A stretch of DNA of 64,000 bases. Source: Nitrospirota bacterium. GTDB taxonomy: Bacteria; Nitrospirota; UBA9217. The notes under the pieces were generated by a model. That model did not search any database, was not told the origin of the DNA, and saw nothing but the letters and a program-made list of their open reading frames with translations. Shown piece after piece: positions 29,952-39,656 of the stretch (the first letter of the stretch is position 1; the number at the start of each line of letters is the position of its first letter). The position numbers were made by a program, and so were the translations under genes. The stretch spans positions 224,001 through 288,000 of the forward strand of contig CAVVOB010000028.1 of assembly GCA_963749655.1 (NCBI GenBank), written 5' to 3'.

Positions 29952-31322
29952 ATGATTGAACAGGACACCATCTGCGCGGTCTCCACGCCGCCGGGCGACG
30001 GCGGCATCGGCATCATTCGTTTGAGCGGCCGGCAGGCCATTGCACTGGCTGCGGTTCTGTTCAAACCGCAGCGGGACAAGGTGATCGCAGACGCAGCGAG
30101 CCACACGCTCCATTACGGCCACGTTGTTGATCCCGGTACGGGAGAAGTGATCGACGAGGCATTGGTCAGCGTCATGCGCGCGCCGGCTACCTACACGCGA
30201 GAAGATGTTGTTGAGTTCAACTGCCACGGCGGCATGATGCCGCTTCGGCGGACCATGGAATTGCTCATCAGGACAGGCGCGCGGCAGGCAGAGCCCGGCG
30301 AATTCACACGCCGCGCTTTTCTGAACGGAAGAATAGACCTTGCTCAGGCCGAGGCGGTGATGGACACCATCAGGGCCCGGACCGACCTGTGCCTCAGGGC
30401 GGCGAACGAGCAGCTCCGCGGCGGTCTCTCGGCGGAGGTATCGACGCTCCGTGAGCGCCTCCTGTCAATCATCGTATCGGTCGAGGCGGGCATCGATTTT
30501 CCCGAGGAAGATATAGAGACCGAATCAGGCAGGCCGCTTGCCGAGCTCATAAGGGGGGTCGTTTCCGGCATTGACGATCTGCTTGCGGGATACAATTACG
30601 GAAGGATTCTCCGCAGCGGCTTTGCCGCCGCCATCGTGGGCAGACCGAACGTGGGAAAATCCTCGCTCCTGAACGCGCTGCTCAAACAGGACCGGGCAAT
30701 CGTCACCGAGGTGCCGGGTACGACCCGTGACGTGCTTGAGGAATACGTGAATGTTTCCGGCATTCCACTCCGCATCCTCGACACGGCAGGCATCAGGCAC
30801 TCCCATGATATTGTAGAGCAGGAGGGGGTCCGCAGGAGCCTGGCGGCAATCGCTTCAGCGGACATTGTTCTGGTCGTTCTCGACGGATCAATGCCGCTGA
30901 CCGCTGACGACCGGCGTGTGCTCCACGAGGTGAAAGGGAGAAGCACCATCGCGGTCATCAATAAATCCGACCTTGACCGGCAGCTCGAAGGCATCGATTG
31001 GCCCGATACCCGGGTCTCGGTATCCTGCCGCAGGAACGATGGACTTGACGACCTCAAGAAGGCGATCGCCGACAAGGTTCATACAGGCGCTGTAAAATCG
31101 CCGGCCCATGCCTGGGCCGTGAACCAGCGCCACAGGACAGCGCTGCAAAAGACCCGTGACAGCCTGCAGTCGGCCCTCGCGTCGGTCGAAAGCAGCCTTT
31201 CGCCGGAGTTTGTAGCCGTGGATCTGCGCGGAGCGCTCGACAGCCTGGGTCTCATTACCGGCGCAACGCATACGGAAGACATTCTCGAGCGGATATTCAG
31301 CGATTTTTGCATCGGCAAATAG
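29952..31322 (+). CDS. mnmE: tRNA modification GTPase MnmE
   Basis: GRPNVGKSS, GTTRD, DTAG, C-terminal FCIGK. Confidence 0.97.
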   Translation: MIEQDTICAVSTPPGDGGIGIIRLSGRQAIALAAVLFKPQRDKVIADAASHTLHYGHVVDPGTGEVIDEALVSVMRAPATYTREDVVEFNCHGGMMPLRRTMELLIRTGARQAEPGEFTRRAFLNGRIDLAQAEAVMDTIRARTDLCLRAANEQLRGGLSAEVSTLRERLLSIIVSVEAGIDFPEEDIETESGRPLAELIRGVVSGIDDLLAGYNYGRILRSGFAAAIVGRPNVGKSSLLNALLKQDRAIVTEVPGTTRDVLEEYVNVSGIPLRILDTAGIRHSHDIVEQEGVRRSLAAIASADIVLVVLDGSMPLTADDRRVLHEVKGRSTIAVINKSDLDRQLEGIDWPDTRVSVSCRRNDGLDDLKKAIADKVHTGAVKSPAHAWAVNQRHRTALQKTRDSLQSALASVESSLSPEFVAVDLRGALDSLGLITGATHTEDILERIFSDFCIGK

Positions 31323-31384
31323 CCGTCTGCCATAGGGAACGGCTGATCAAGGTAAGTTGAATTGATGTATACGTTTTATCAACT

Positions 31385-33262
31385 ATGTCTTCTTCTGGAA
31401 ACTACGACATAATCGTTATCGGCGCAGGACATGCCGGTTGTGAGGCTGCTCTCGCAGCCGCGCGCATGGGATGCGACACGCTCATGCTCACGATGAACCT
31501 CGACAGCATCGCGCTCATGTCCTGCAACCCGGCGATCGGCGGCCTGGCCAAGGGACATCTCGTAAAGGAGATCGATGCACTCGGCGGCGAGATGGCACGG
31601 ATCATTGACCGCACCGGAATCCAGTTCCGCATTCTGAACAGGAGCAAAGGGCCTGCAGTACACGGCACGCGCGCCCAGGCGGACAAACAGCGGTATCGCC
31701 TCGCGATGAAAGAGTCGGTCGAGAAGCAGAATCGCCTTGACGTCAAACAGGGTCTGGTCGAACGGCTCCTGATTGAGGACGGCAGTGTTGTCGGCGTGGA
31801 AACGAACATCGGCGTCCAGTACCTGTCTTCATCGGTGATCATTACGACCGGAACGTTCCTGAAGGGTCTCATTCATATCGGACTGGTGAATTATCCGTCA
31901 GGCAGGGCAGGGGAGTTCCCCTCTGTCGGCCTTTCGGACTGTTTGCGCGAACTCGGGTTTGAAATCAGCAGGCTCAAGACCGGTACACCGGCACGCTTGA
32001 ACGGCCGGACCATCGATTTTTCAAAAATGAAGCCGCAGCAGGGAGACGATCCGGCGCCATTCTTCTCTTTTACAGAGAATCTACACCCTCTCCCACAAAT
32101 GCCCTGTTTTCTAACTTATACGAATCGGACGACCCATGAATTTATTTTAAAAAACCTTGATCGCTCCCCACTGTATGCCGGTGTTATTAAAGGAATAGGG
32201 CCGCGCTATTGTCCTTCTATAGAGGACAAGGTCAAACGTTTTTCAGAGCGTGACCGGCATCAGGTGTTTCTCGAGCCTGAGGGCCTTGATACCGAGGAAT
32301 ACTACGCCAACGGCGTATCAACAAGCCTTCCCTATGATGTTCAGGTCATGATATACCGGTCCATAGCCGGACTTGAGGATGTCGAGATCATGAGGCCGGC
32401 TTATGCCATAGAATACGATTTCGCGCCGCCTACACAGATCCTGCACACACTGGAAACAAAGAAGGTCCGCGGGCTTTATTTCGCGGGCCAGATCAATGGT
32501 ACGTCGGGTTATGAGGAAGCTGCAGCCCAGGGACTCATGGCCGGAATCAATGCCGCGCTTAAGATCCAGAAGCGGTCCCCGCTCATTCTTTCCCGTGCTG
32601 AGGCCTACATCGGTGTGTTGATCGATGATCTTGTCACGCGCGGTACGAATGAGCCTTATCGTATGTTCACCTCCCGCGCCGAATACCGGCTTCTTCTGCG
32701 CGAAGACAACGCCGATCTGCGGCTCCGCGCGCGGGGGCATGAAATCGGCCTTGTGCCTTCAGACATATATAATGAGTTTCTTGAAAAGAAACAAAACATC
32801 GAGAGTGAAATTGGACGGCTGAAAAAAACCTGGGTTAAGCCGACTCAAAGCATAAATGACATCCTTATCAAAGCTGATTCTACGCCTCTTGTGGGAGAAA
32901 CTTCTCTTGATCAACTTTTGAAGCGGCCAGAGGTGGGATATCATCACATCTATACCCTCTGTCCAGGAGACAGTACGCTTGCTCCTGCAGTTGCCGAGCA
33001 GGTGGAGATCCAGGTAAAGTACGAGGGATATATTCAGCGTCAGCTCCAACAGGTGGAGCAGTTTGCATCAATGGAGCAGAAAGGTGTGCCCGCAGACATG
33101 GACTATGATGCTATTACCGGTCTGGGCGCTGAGGTGAAGCAGAAACTGAAGCAGGTGCAGCCGGTTTCGCTCGGTCAGGCATCGCGCATATCAGGCATCA
33201 CTCCGGCCGCCATATCCCTGCTCATGGTCGCGCTCGATAAGCGGAAGAGGGGACGGGCATGA
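31385..33262 (+). CDS. mnmG: tRNA modification FAD enzyme MnmG/GidA
   Basis: GAGHAG, SCNPAIGG, GPRYCPSIEDK, GQINGTSGYEEAAAQG. Confidence 0.97.
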   Translation: MSSSGNYDIIVIGAGHAGCEAALAAARMGCDTLMLTMNLDSIALMSCNPAIGGLAKGHLVKEIDALGGEMARIIDRTGIQFRILNRSKGPAVHGTRAQADKQRYRLAMKESVEKQNRLDVKQGLVERLLIEDGSVVGVETNIGVQYLSSSVIITTGTFLKGLIHIGLVNYPSGRAGEFPSVGLSDCLRELGFEISRLKTGTPARLNGRTIDFSKMKPQQGDDPAPFFSFTENLHPLPQMPCFLTYTNRTTHEFILKNLDRSPLYAGVIKGIGPRYCPSIEDKVKRFSERDRHQVFLEPEGLDTEEYYANGVSTSLPYDVQVMIYRSIAGLEDVEIMRPAYAIEYDFAPPTQILHTLETKKVRGLYFAGQINGTSGYEEAAAQGLMAGINAALKIQKRSPLILSRAEAYIGVLIDDLVTRGTNEPYRMFTSRAEYRLLLREDNADLRLRARGHEIGLVPSDIYNEFLEKKQNIESEIGRLKKTWVKPTQSINDILIKADSTPLVGETSLDQLLKRPEVGYHHIYTLCPGDSTLAPAVAEQVEIQVKYEGYIQRQLQQVEQFASMEQKGVPADMDYDAITGLGAEVKQKLKQVQPVSLGQASRISGITPAAISLLMVALDKRKRGRA

Positions 33263-33317
33263 CCGGTCCGGACAAAAGGCCTGTCGTGCGCGCTGCGACA
33301 GCGACGGAGTCCAGGCG

Positions 33318-33963
33318 ATGACCCCAGAGGGAGCTGCTCTCTGACGGCGCGCGCGAGCTCGGGATCGATCTATCGCTTGAGGAGATCAACTCCCTTTTCC
33401 TCTTTCTGGCAGAGCTGAAAAAGTGGAACCGGAAGATCAACCTTACGGCCATCAGGGACGAGCAGGACATTATCATAAAACATGTCCTTGACTCCCTCTC
33501 GTACCTGAAGGGCTTTGATGAGACCCCGGGATTGAGGCTTCTGGACATGGGATCGGGCGCAGGCTTTCCGGCTTTGGTGATCAAGATCGTCCGGCCCGGC
33601 ATAGCCGTCACGCTCGTCGAATCGGTGAAGAAGAAGGCCTCCTTTCTGCGCCATTGCATGAGGACCCTCAGGATAGCAGGGCTCGAGGTCATGGACATAC
33701 GGCTCGAAAAGCTTGAGGCCTCCACCCATGCATCCTTCGATGTCGTAACAGCCCGGGCATTTGCGGACATGTCCTCTGCGGTTTCCGCAGGCTCTGTTTT
33801 TCTTAAGCCCGGCGGTCGGATGGTATTGAGCCGGGGCCCGCAGGAGACCATCAGCGAGGCAGAGCTGGCAGAAGCGGGAATGTCACGGGAGAGCAGGATC
33901 GACCTTGTTCTTCCCCATTCGGATAATAATAGGTCGATCTGGATTTTTCGCAAAGCCGGATAG
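33318..33963 (+). CDS. rsmG: 16S rRNA m7G527 methyltransferase RsmG (one extra G near 33330)
   Basis: WNRKINLTA, KHVLDSL, DMGSGAGFP, ARA; position after mnmG. Confidence 0.92.
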
Positions 33964-34083
33964 ATAACTGAAGGGAGTGTATTTCCCGGACCATCGCTCT
34001 GCGAAGAAGAGACTAAGACGGTACGCGATGTTGTCGCGTACCGTACCGGCACTCAGAAGGATGCTTTCCAGCCAAGGACAATC

Positions 34084-35151
34084 ATGTCAGAGACTACACT
34101 CAAAATACCGACGGAGTGGCGCGAGTGCGCTGCGGAAATCAACGCCCAGGGCGGACCGGTGCTTGCAATAGGAGAGACCGGCTCGGGCAAGACGACGTTT
34201 TGCCTCTACCTTGCAGGACTCGCCTGCAGGACCAACAAGCGGGTCGCCTGGATCGATGCTGATCCCGGGCGGCCTTATATCGGTCCGCCGGCAGCTCTTT
34301 CCCTGACACCCTTTACCGACGCATCAGATCTGCTGAAGCGAAAGAACCCGATGACCATGAGTTTTATCGGGAACACCTCCCCGGTGGGCAGGCTCCTCGA
34401 AATGATCTCGGGACTCCAGAAGCTGGTCTCTTATGCGCGGTCGCTCGAGTCGGACCTCATCCTCATTAATGCCTGTGGTCTCGTAAGCGGGGGAGCGGCC
34501 CGGGAGCTCAACTTCCATGAGATCGACATGATCTCTCCGCGCTATGTCGTCGGCCTGCAGAGAGGGGCCGAGATCGAGCATCTGCTTGCTCCGCACTCCC
34601 ATCGCGCGAACCTGCTGATCCGCCGTCTCCCGGTATCGCCTGATGCGAAGATGCTGACCCGAGAAGCCAGACAGGCCGCTCGGGAGCAGCGCTTCAAGGA
34701 CTACTTCCGCGGCGCGGATTTTCATGAGATCTCGCTCTATGATGTCGGCGTCCATGGCACCGGGCTGGGCAACGGCGAACGTCTCGGGTTCCGCGACATC
34801 AACAAGCTCTCGAAGATCCTTCAGGCCATCGTGGTCCACGCCGAACTGTCCACAGACCGCCTGTTCATCATCATTGACGGCAACTATGCCGAGGCAGAGT
34901 TGTATACTGCCAAAGACCAGTACAATGTACGCGATGTCGTGATTGTCAAAATGTCCGAGCTGGACCACCTGCTTGTCGGTCTGAACGATGACCGGAATCT
35001 TTGCCTCGGCCTCGGCATTCTGCGGACCATCGATGTAAAGGAACTTTCCATCAGGGTGATCACCCCGCTCAAAGACGTATCCAATGTTCGCCATATTTCC
35101 CTCGGCTCTCTTCGGGTAAGCCCCGCCGGCACCGAGCTGGGCCAGGTATAA
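34084..35151 (+). CDS. Clp1/Grc3-like polynucleotide 5'-OH kinase
   Basis: GETGSGKTT, DADPGRPYIGPP, INACG, R..ARE.RF..YF, CLGLGIL. Confidence 0.8.
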   Translation: MSETTLKIPTEWRECAAEINAQGGPVLAIGETGSGKTTFCLYLAGLACRTNKRVAWIDADPGRPYIGPPAALSLTPFTDASDLLKRKNPMTMSFIGNTSPVGRLLEMISGLQKLVSYARSLESDLILINACGLVSGGAARELNFHEIDMISPRYVVGLQRGAEIEHLLAPHSHRANLLIRRLPVSPDAKMLTREARQAAREQRFKDYFRGADFHEISLYDVGVHGTGLGNGERLGFRDINKLSKILQAIVVHAELSTDRLFIIIDGNYAEAELYTAKDQYNVRDVVIVKMSELDHLLVGLNDDRNLCLGLGILRTIDVKELSIRVITPLKDVSNVRHISLGSLRVSPAGTELGQV

Positions 35152-35196
35152 ACCCACACGTCCTGCATTCCCAGCCTTATCATTCACCAATCCCTA

Positions 35197-35212
35197 TGTT
35201 CCACGTGGAACA
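35197..35212. promoter_or_regulatory. parS site
   Basis: Perfect palindrome TGTTCCACGTGGAACA. Confidence 0.93.
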
Positions 35213-35334
35213 TGATGCCGGACAGAGGGCCTTCCGACGGAGCCTGATTTCTTCCCACCTCTCTCATAGACTTCGGAATCAGCCGTCTGCAAGCAACCTT
35301 CCTCATTAAAATATTTTTAAGACAAGCCTCCCTA

Positions 35335-35377
35335 TATGATGCGCGTCATAACCATCCTGTTGCCCGTCCCGTATACT
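35335..35377 (+). promoter_or_regulatory. Class II CRP/FNR-type (HcpR-like) promoter of hcp
   Basis: TATGA-N6-TCATA centred at -41.5 relative to the TATACT -10 (35372-35377). Confidence 0.7.
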
Positions 35378-35432
35378 GCGCCTCGACAAGGCAATTGAAA
35401 CAGCCATCTTAATTTAACCGAGGAGGTCAGGA

Positions 35433-37121
35433 ATGTTTTGTTATCAGTGCGAACAGGCTTCAAACGGCAAAGGATGCACCAAGATCGGGGTGTGCGGCAA
35501 GGACCCGGAGTTATCGGCTTTGCAGGACCTCTTGATCTATTCTCTGAAAGGGCTTTCGCTCGTTGCAGTTGAAGGCAGGGGGCACGGCGTCAATGACGAG
35601 GAAGTCAATCTCTTCCTGACCAAGGGGCTCTTTTCAACGCTCACGAACGTGGACTTCGATCCCCAACGGTTCGAAAAGCTTATCCGGAAGAGCGTCGAGC
35701 TCCGCGAGGGGCTGAAGGCAAAGGTCAAAGCAGCAGGCGGCAGAACGGACTTCGCCCACGGCAGCGCTTCCTACTAACCGGCTGCGACCGTTGAGGCAAT
35801 GGCAAAGCAGGGCCGCGAGGTCCGGGAGCGGGTGCCTGATGCCATGATCAACCCCGACATCCAGTCGCTCCAGGACATTCTTCTGTTCGGTCTCAAGGGC
35901 GTGGCGGCTTACGCGGATCATGCCCAGATCCTCGGGAAAACCGATGATTCGGTTTATGCATTCATGGCCGAGGCCCTGGCAGCTATGACCGGCACTGATC
36001 TCGGCCTGAATGAATGGATCGCGCTCGTGCTTAAATGCGGAGAGGTGAACCTCAAGACAATGGAGATCCTCGATGCGGCCAATACCGGAACCTACGGTCA
36101 CCCGGTGCCGACAAAGGTTCCCTTGGGATCGAAAAAAGGAAAGGCAATTCTCGTTTCTGGACATGATCTGAAGGACCTCGAAGCAATTCTGAAGCAGAGT
36201 GAAGGCAAGGGGATCAATGTTTACACCCACGGCGAGATGCTGCCTGCGCACGGCTATCCGGCGCTCAAGAAATATCCGCACTTCTACGGTCATTACGGAA
36301 CCGCCTGGCAGAACCAGCACAAGGAGTTCGCTCACTTCCCCGGCGCGATCGTTATGACAACGAACTGCATCCAGAAACCGCTGGCATCGTATAAGGACAA
36401 TCTCTTTACCTGTGGTCTTGTTGGATGGCCCGATGTCGCCCATATCGCAGATGGAAGCTTCAGGCCGGTGATCGAACGGGCTTTGGCGCTTCCCGGCTTT
36501 ACTGAGGACGCACCGGGCAAGGAGGTCTTCGCAGGTTTTGCACGGAATTCCGTGCTCGGTGTGGCAGACAAGGTGATCGATGCGGTGAAAGAGGGCCAGA
36601 TCCGCCACTTCTTCCTCGTCGGCGGCTGCGACGGCGCCAAGCCGGGAAGGAACTATTATACCGAATTCGTGGAAAAGGCCCCGAAAGACACCGTGGTCCT
36701 GACCCTGGCCTGCGGCAAGTTCCGGTTCTTTGACAAGAACCTCGGGGACATCGGCGGCATTCCCCGGCTGCTCGACATCGGCCAGTGCAATGATGCCTAT
36801 TCCGCTATTCAGATCGCCCTTGCCCTCTCAAAGGCCTTCAACCTCGGCGTAAATGATCTGCCGCTGTCGCTTGTCCTGTCCTGGTACGAGCAGAAGGCCG
36901 TCGCGATCCTGCTGACGCTGCTCCATCTCGGCATCAAGGACATCCGCCTTGGCCCGACGCTCCCGGCCTTTATAACGCCGAATGTGCTCGACGTTCTCGT
37001 CAAGAACTTCAGCATCCGGCCCATTGCTGCGACCGCCGATGAGGACCTTGAGGATATTCTCGGTCCCTGCTGGAACCGGACCAAGGCAGAATGCCCGGAA
37101 GCAGACGAAGTGAGCGCTTAA
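35433..37121 (+). CDS. hcp: Hybrid cluster protein (in-frame TAA at 35775-35777)
   Basis: MFCYQCEQ..GCT..GVCGK, SGHDL, THGEM, GGCDG, GQCND, SWYEQK; both ORF halves are in the same frame. Confidence 0.92.
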
Positions 37122-37198
37122 AACTTCCATATATATGCTACTAAAGAAACCTCCGTGCGGCAGGTCGGAAAATCCGTCCTGCCGTTCCTTTTTCTCGA

Positions 37199-37214
37199 TG
37201 TTCCACGTGGAACA
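37199..37214. promoter_or_regulatory. parS site
   Basis: Perfect TGTTCCACGTGGAACA upstream of parA. Confidence 0.93.
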
Positions 37215-37423
37215 TTGGACAAGGGATGGACGTCGTAACCGAAACTGCCGCCGCTTCCGCTCCCTTTTCACGAGCTGTTAGAAAGAATCCGGCGAATATC
37301 CATCGAAAAAATTCCTGTCAATTCGCGGCAAGCCTCTGTTTCCTAATTTTTTCTTCCTTTTGTCATGCTCCTATGGTAAATTGATCCGGTTCTGAACCAA
37401 TTATCGGAGGGCAGCATACGAGC

Positions 37424-38200
37424 ATGGGCAAGGTCATAGCAATCGCCAATCAGAAGGGCGGAGTCGGCAAAACAACAACCACGGTGAACATCGCCGCGTC
37501 GCTTGCTGCTGCTGAAAAAAAAGTGCTCCTCATCGATTCGGACCCCCAGGGAAACTCCACGAGCGGCATGGGGATCGACCGAAAGGACATCGCCGGCAGC
37601 ACCTACGACCTCTTTACCTCCAGGAAGACCATCCCGGAGATCAAGAAATCAACGCATTTTCCCTGGCTCGACGTGGTCCCGGCGAAGATCGATCTCGTCG
37701 GCGTCGAGGTTGAGCTCATTCAGATGATCGCCCGCGAGCGGGTGCTGAAGAAAGCGATCGCTCCCTTCAGGGATGAATATGATTACGTGCTCATCGACTG
37801 CCCCCCGTCCCTTGGCCTGCTTACGGTGAATGCCTTGACCGCGGCCGACGGAGTCATTATCCCGGTGCAGTGCGAATATTACGCCCTCGAAGGCCTGTCC
37901 GCTCTTACCAATACCATCAAGCTCATCAAGCAGGACCTGAATCCCGATCTCGCCATCGAGGGTGTGCTCCTCACCATGTACGACAGCAGAAACAACCTGG
38001 CGGACCAGGTGGCATCAGAAGTCAGAAAGTACTTCGGAAGCAAAGTATATACAACCGTCATCCACAGGAATGTGGCTCTCTCCGAAGCGCCGAGCCACGG
38101 CAAGCCCGTGCTGCTCTACGACATCCGGTCCCGCGGCGCCCAGAGCTATCTCGAACTCGCCAAGGAGGTCATCAGCCATGCAAAAGCAGGCGCTCGGTAA
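37424..38200 (+). CDS. parA: Chromosome partitioning ATPase ParA/Soj
   Basis: NQKGGVGKTT, DPQGN, DCPPSLG, EAPSHG. Confidence 0.96.
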   Translation: MGKVIAIANQKGGVGKTTTTVNIAASLAAAEKKVLLIDSDPQGNSTSGMGIDRKDIAGSTYDLFTSRKTIPEIKKSTHFPWLDVVPAKIDLVGVEVELIQMIARERVLKKAIAPFRDEYDYVLIDCPPSLGLLTVNALTAADGVIIPVQCEYYALEGLSALTNTIKLIKQDLNPDLAIEGVLLTMYDSRNNLADQVASEVRKYFGSKVYTTVIHRNVALSEAPSHGKPVLLYDIRSRGAQSYLELAKEVISHAKAGAR

Positions 38201-39023
38201 GGGGCTCGGCGCCCTCATCCCGGACCTCTCGTCGCTCGATGATTCGGAGAAGAAGGCGCTCGGCATCAACGAGATCGAGCTCGACAAGATCATCCCGAAC
38301 GAATACCAGCCGCGCAAGGTCTTCAATGATGAAAAGCTGAAGGAGCTCGCGGCCTCAATCAGGGAACAGGGTGTGATTCAGCCCGTGATCGTGCACAAGT
38401 CCGGCAGCGGCTATCAGTTGATCGCCGGAGAACGGCGATGGCGGGCGTCCCGTCTCGCAGGCCTCAAGACCATACCCGCACTCGTGAAGGAAGCTACCAA
38501 GCGCGAACTGCTCGAGATGGCCCTGATCGAGAACATCCAGCGCGAGGACCTGAACCCCCTCGAAGCAGCCGAGGCGTACAAACGGCTCCAGGATGAATTC
38601 AAGCTTACGCAGGAAGACCTCGCGAGGCGTGTGGGCAAAGAGCGCTCGACGGTCACGAACTTCCTCCGCATCCTCCATCTGCCGAAAGAGGTAAAGCAGG
38701 ATCTGTCCACGGGCGCGCTCTCCATGGGCCACGCCAAGGCACTGCTGTCGCTCGAGCGCAGCCGCGACCAGATCCAGGCAGGCGCCTTGATAGTAAAGAA
38801 GGGGCTCTCGGTGCGCGAAGCCGAGGTACTGGCCAACAGACTCAAGAACCCGCAACGGGAAAAGAAGGCCTCTCAGAGCGCTGATCTGAAATCGCTCGAA
38901 GAAAAGCTCAGGAAGTCTCTGGGCACGAAGGTAAGCATCGCCCGGAAAGCGAAGGGCGGACGGATCGTGATTGAGTATTACTCGGCAGAAGAGCTGGACC
39001 GGATACTGGAAAAAATCAGTTAG
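38178..39023 (+). CDS. parB: Chromosome partitioning protein ParB/Spo0J
   Basis: LGKGL.AL, QPR, IAGERRWRA, ENIQREDL. Confidence 0.96.
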   Translation: MQKQALGKGLGALIPDLSSLDDSEKKALGINEIELDKIIPNEYQPRKVFNDEKLKELAASIREQGVIQPVIVHKSGSGYQLIAGERRWRASRLAGLKTIPALVKEATKRELLEMALIENIQREDLNPLEAAEAYKRLQDEFKLTQEDLARRVGKERSTVTNFLRILHLPKEVKQDLSTGALSMGHAKALLSLERSRDQIQAGALIVKKGLSVREAEVLANRLKNPQREKKASQSADLKSLEEKLRKSLGTKVSIARKAKGGRIVIEYYSAEELDRILEKIS

Positions 39024-39109
39024 CCACGAATTAACACGAATTTTCACGAAAAGAACTCGGTGTTTGGTTCTGCCTTTACCATTCGTGTCCATTCGTGAAA
39101 ATTCGTGGC
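39023..39109. repeat. 10-nt-periodic palindrome (3x CACGAA / 3x ATTCGTG)
   Basis: GCCACGAATTAACACGAATTTTCACGAA ... ATTCGTGTCCATTCGTGAAAATTCGTGGC. Confidence 0.85.
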
Positions 39110-39136
39110 AAAAAATAGAGTTTTCGGAGGTTATCC

Positions 39137-39532
39137 ATGTTGAAGAAAGGTTCTGGTTCACCTGAGCAGGCGGAAATCACCGCATTCCTGGGGAAGGGAA
39201 CGGAATTCAAGGGCGTGCTGAGTTTCGAGGGCACCATCCGCGTCGACGGCAAAGTGGAAGGCGAGATCGTCTCCAAAGACACCCTCATCGCGGGCGACGG
39301 CGCATTCCTCCAGGGCGAGATCACCATCGGCACGCTCATCTCGAGCGGCAAGATTGTGGGCAACGTCAACGCGACCCAGAAAGTTCACATCCTGGCTCCC
39401 GCGAACATCCAGGGCAACATCCGCACTCCCAAGCTCATCATTGAAGAAGGCGTGACCTTCGACGGCAAGTGCGAAATGGCCGGGGAAAAGAAGGCAGCGG
39501 AACAGAAGGTCGTGTCGCTCACGGACCGGTAA
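39137..39532 (+). CDS. Bactofilin
   Basis: LGKGTEFKG.L.F.G..RVDG...IEEGVTFDGKC.M. Confidence 0.92.
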   Translation: MLKKGSGSPEQAEITAFLGKGTEFKGVLSFEGTIRVDGKVEGEIVSKDTLIAGDGAFLQGEITIGTLISSGKIVGNVNATQKVHILAPANIQGNIRTPKLIIEEGVTFDGKCEMAGEKKAAEQKVVSLTDR

Positions 39533-39656
39533 TTTTCTTCGACGCACAATACCAGGAAAAAAGAAGAAGGGGGGAGCGGCGGTGAAGTGCGTCATACCCC
39601 ATTCGCGCGTTCATCCTTCTTCTTAGGATTTTCCCCCGGGAATATAAAAAACACTC

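Noticed and set aside
33259-33321. TGA readthrough at the start of rsmG
   Set aside because: ATG at 33318 with a GGAG RBS and one extra G explains the gene more simply
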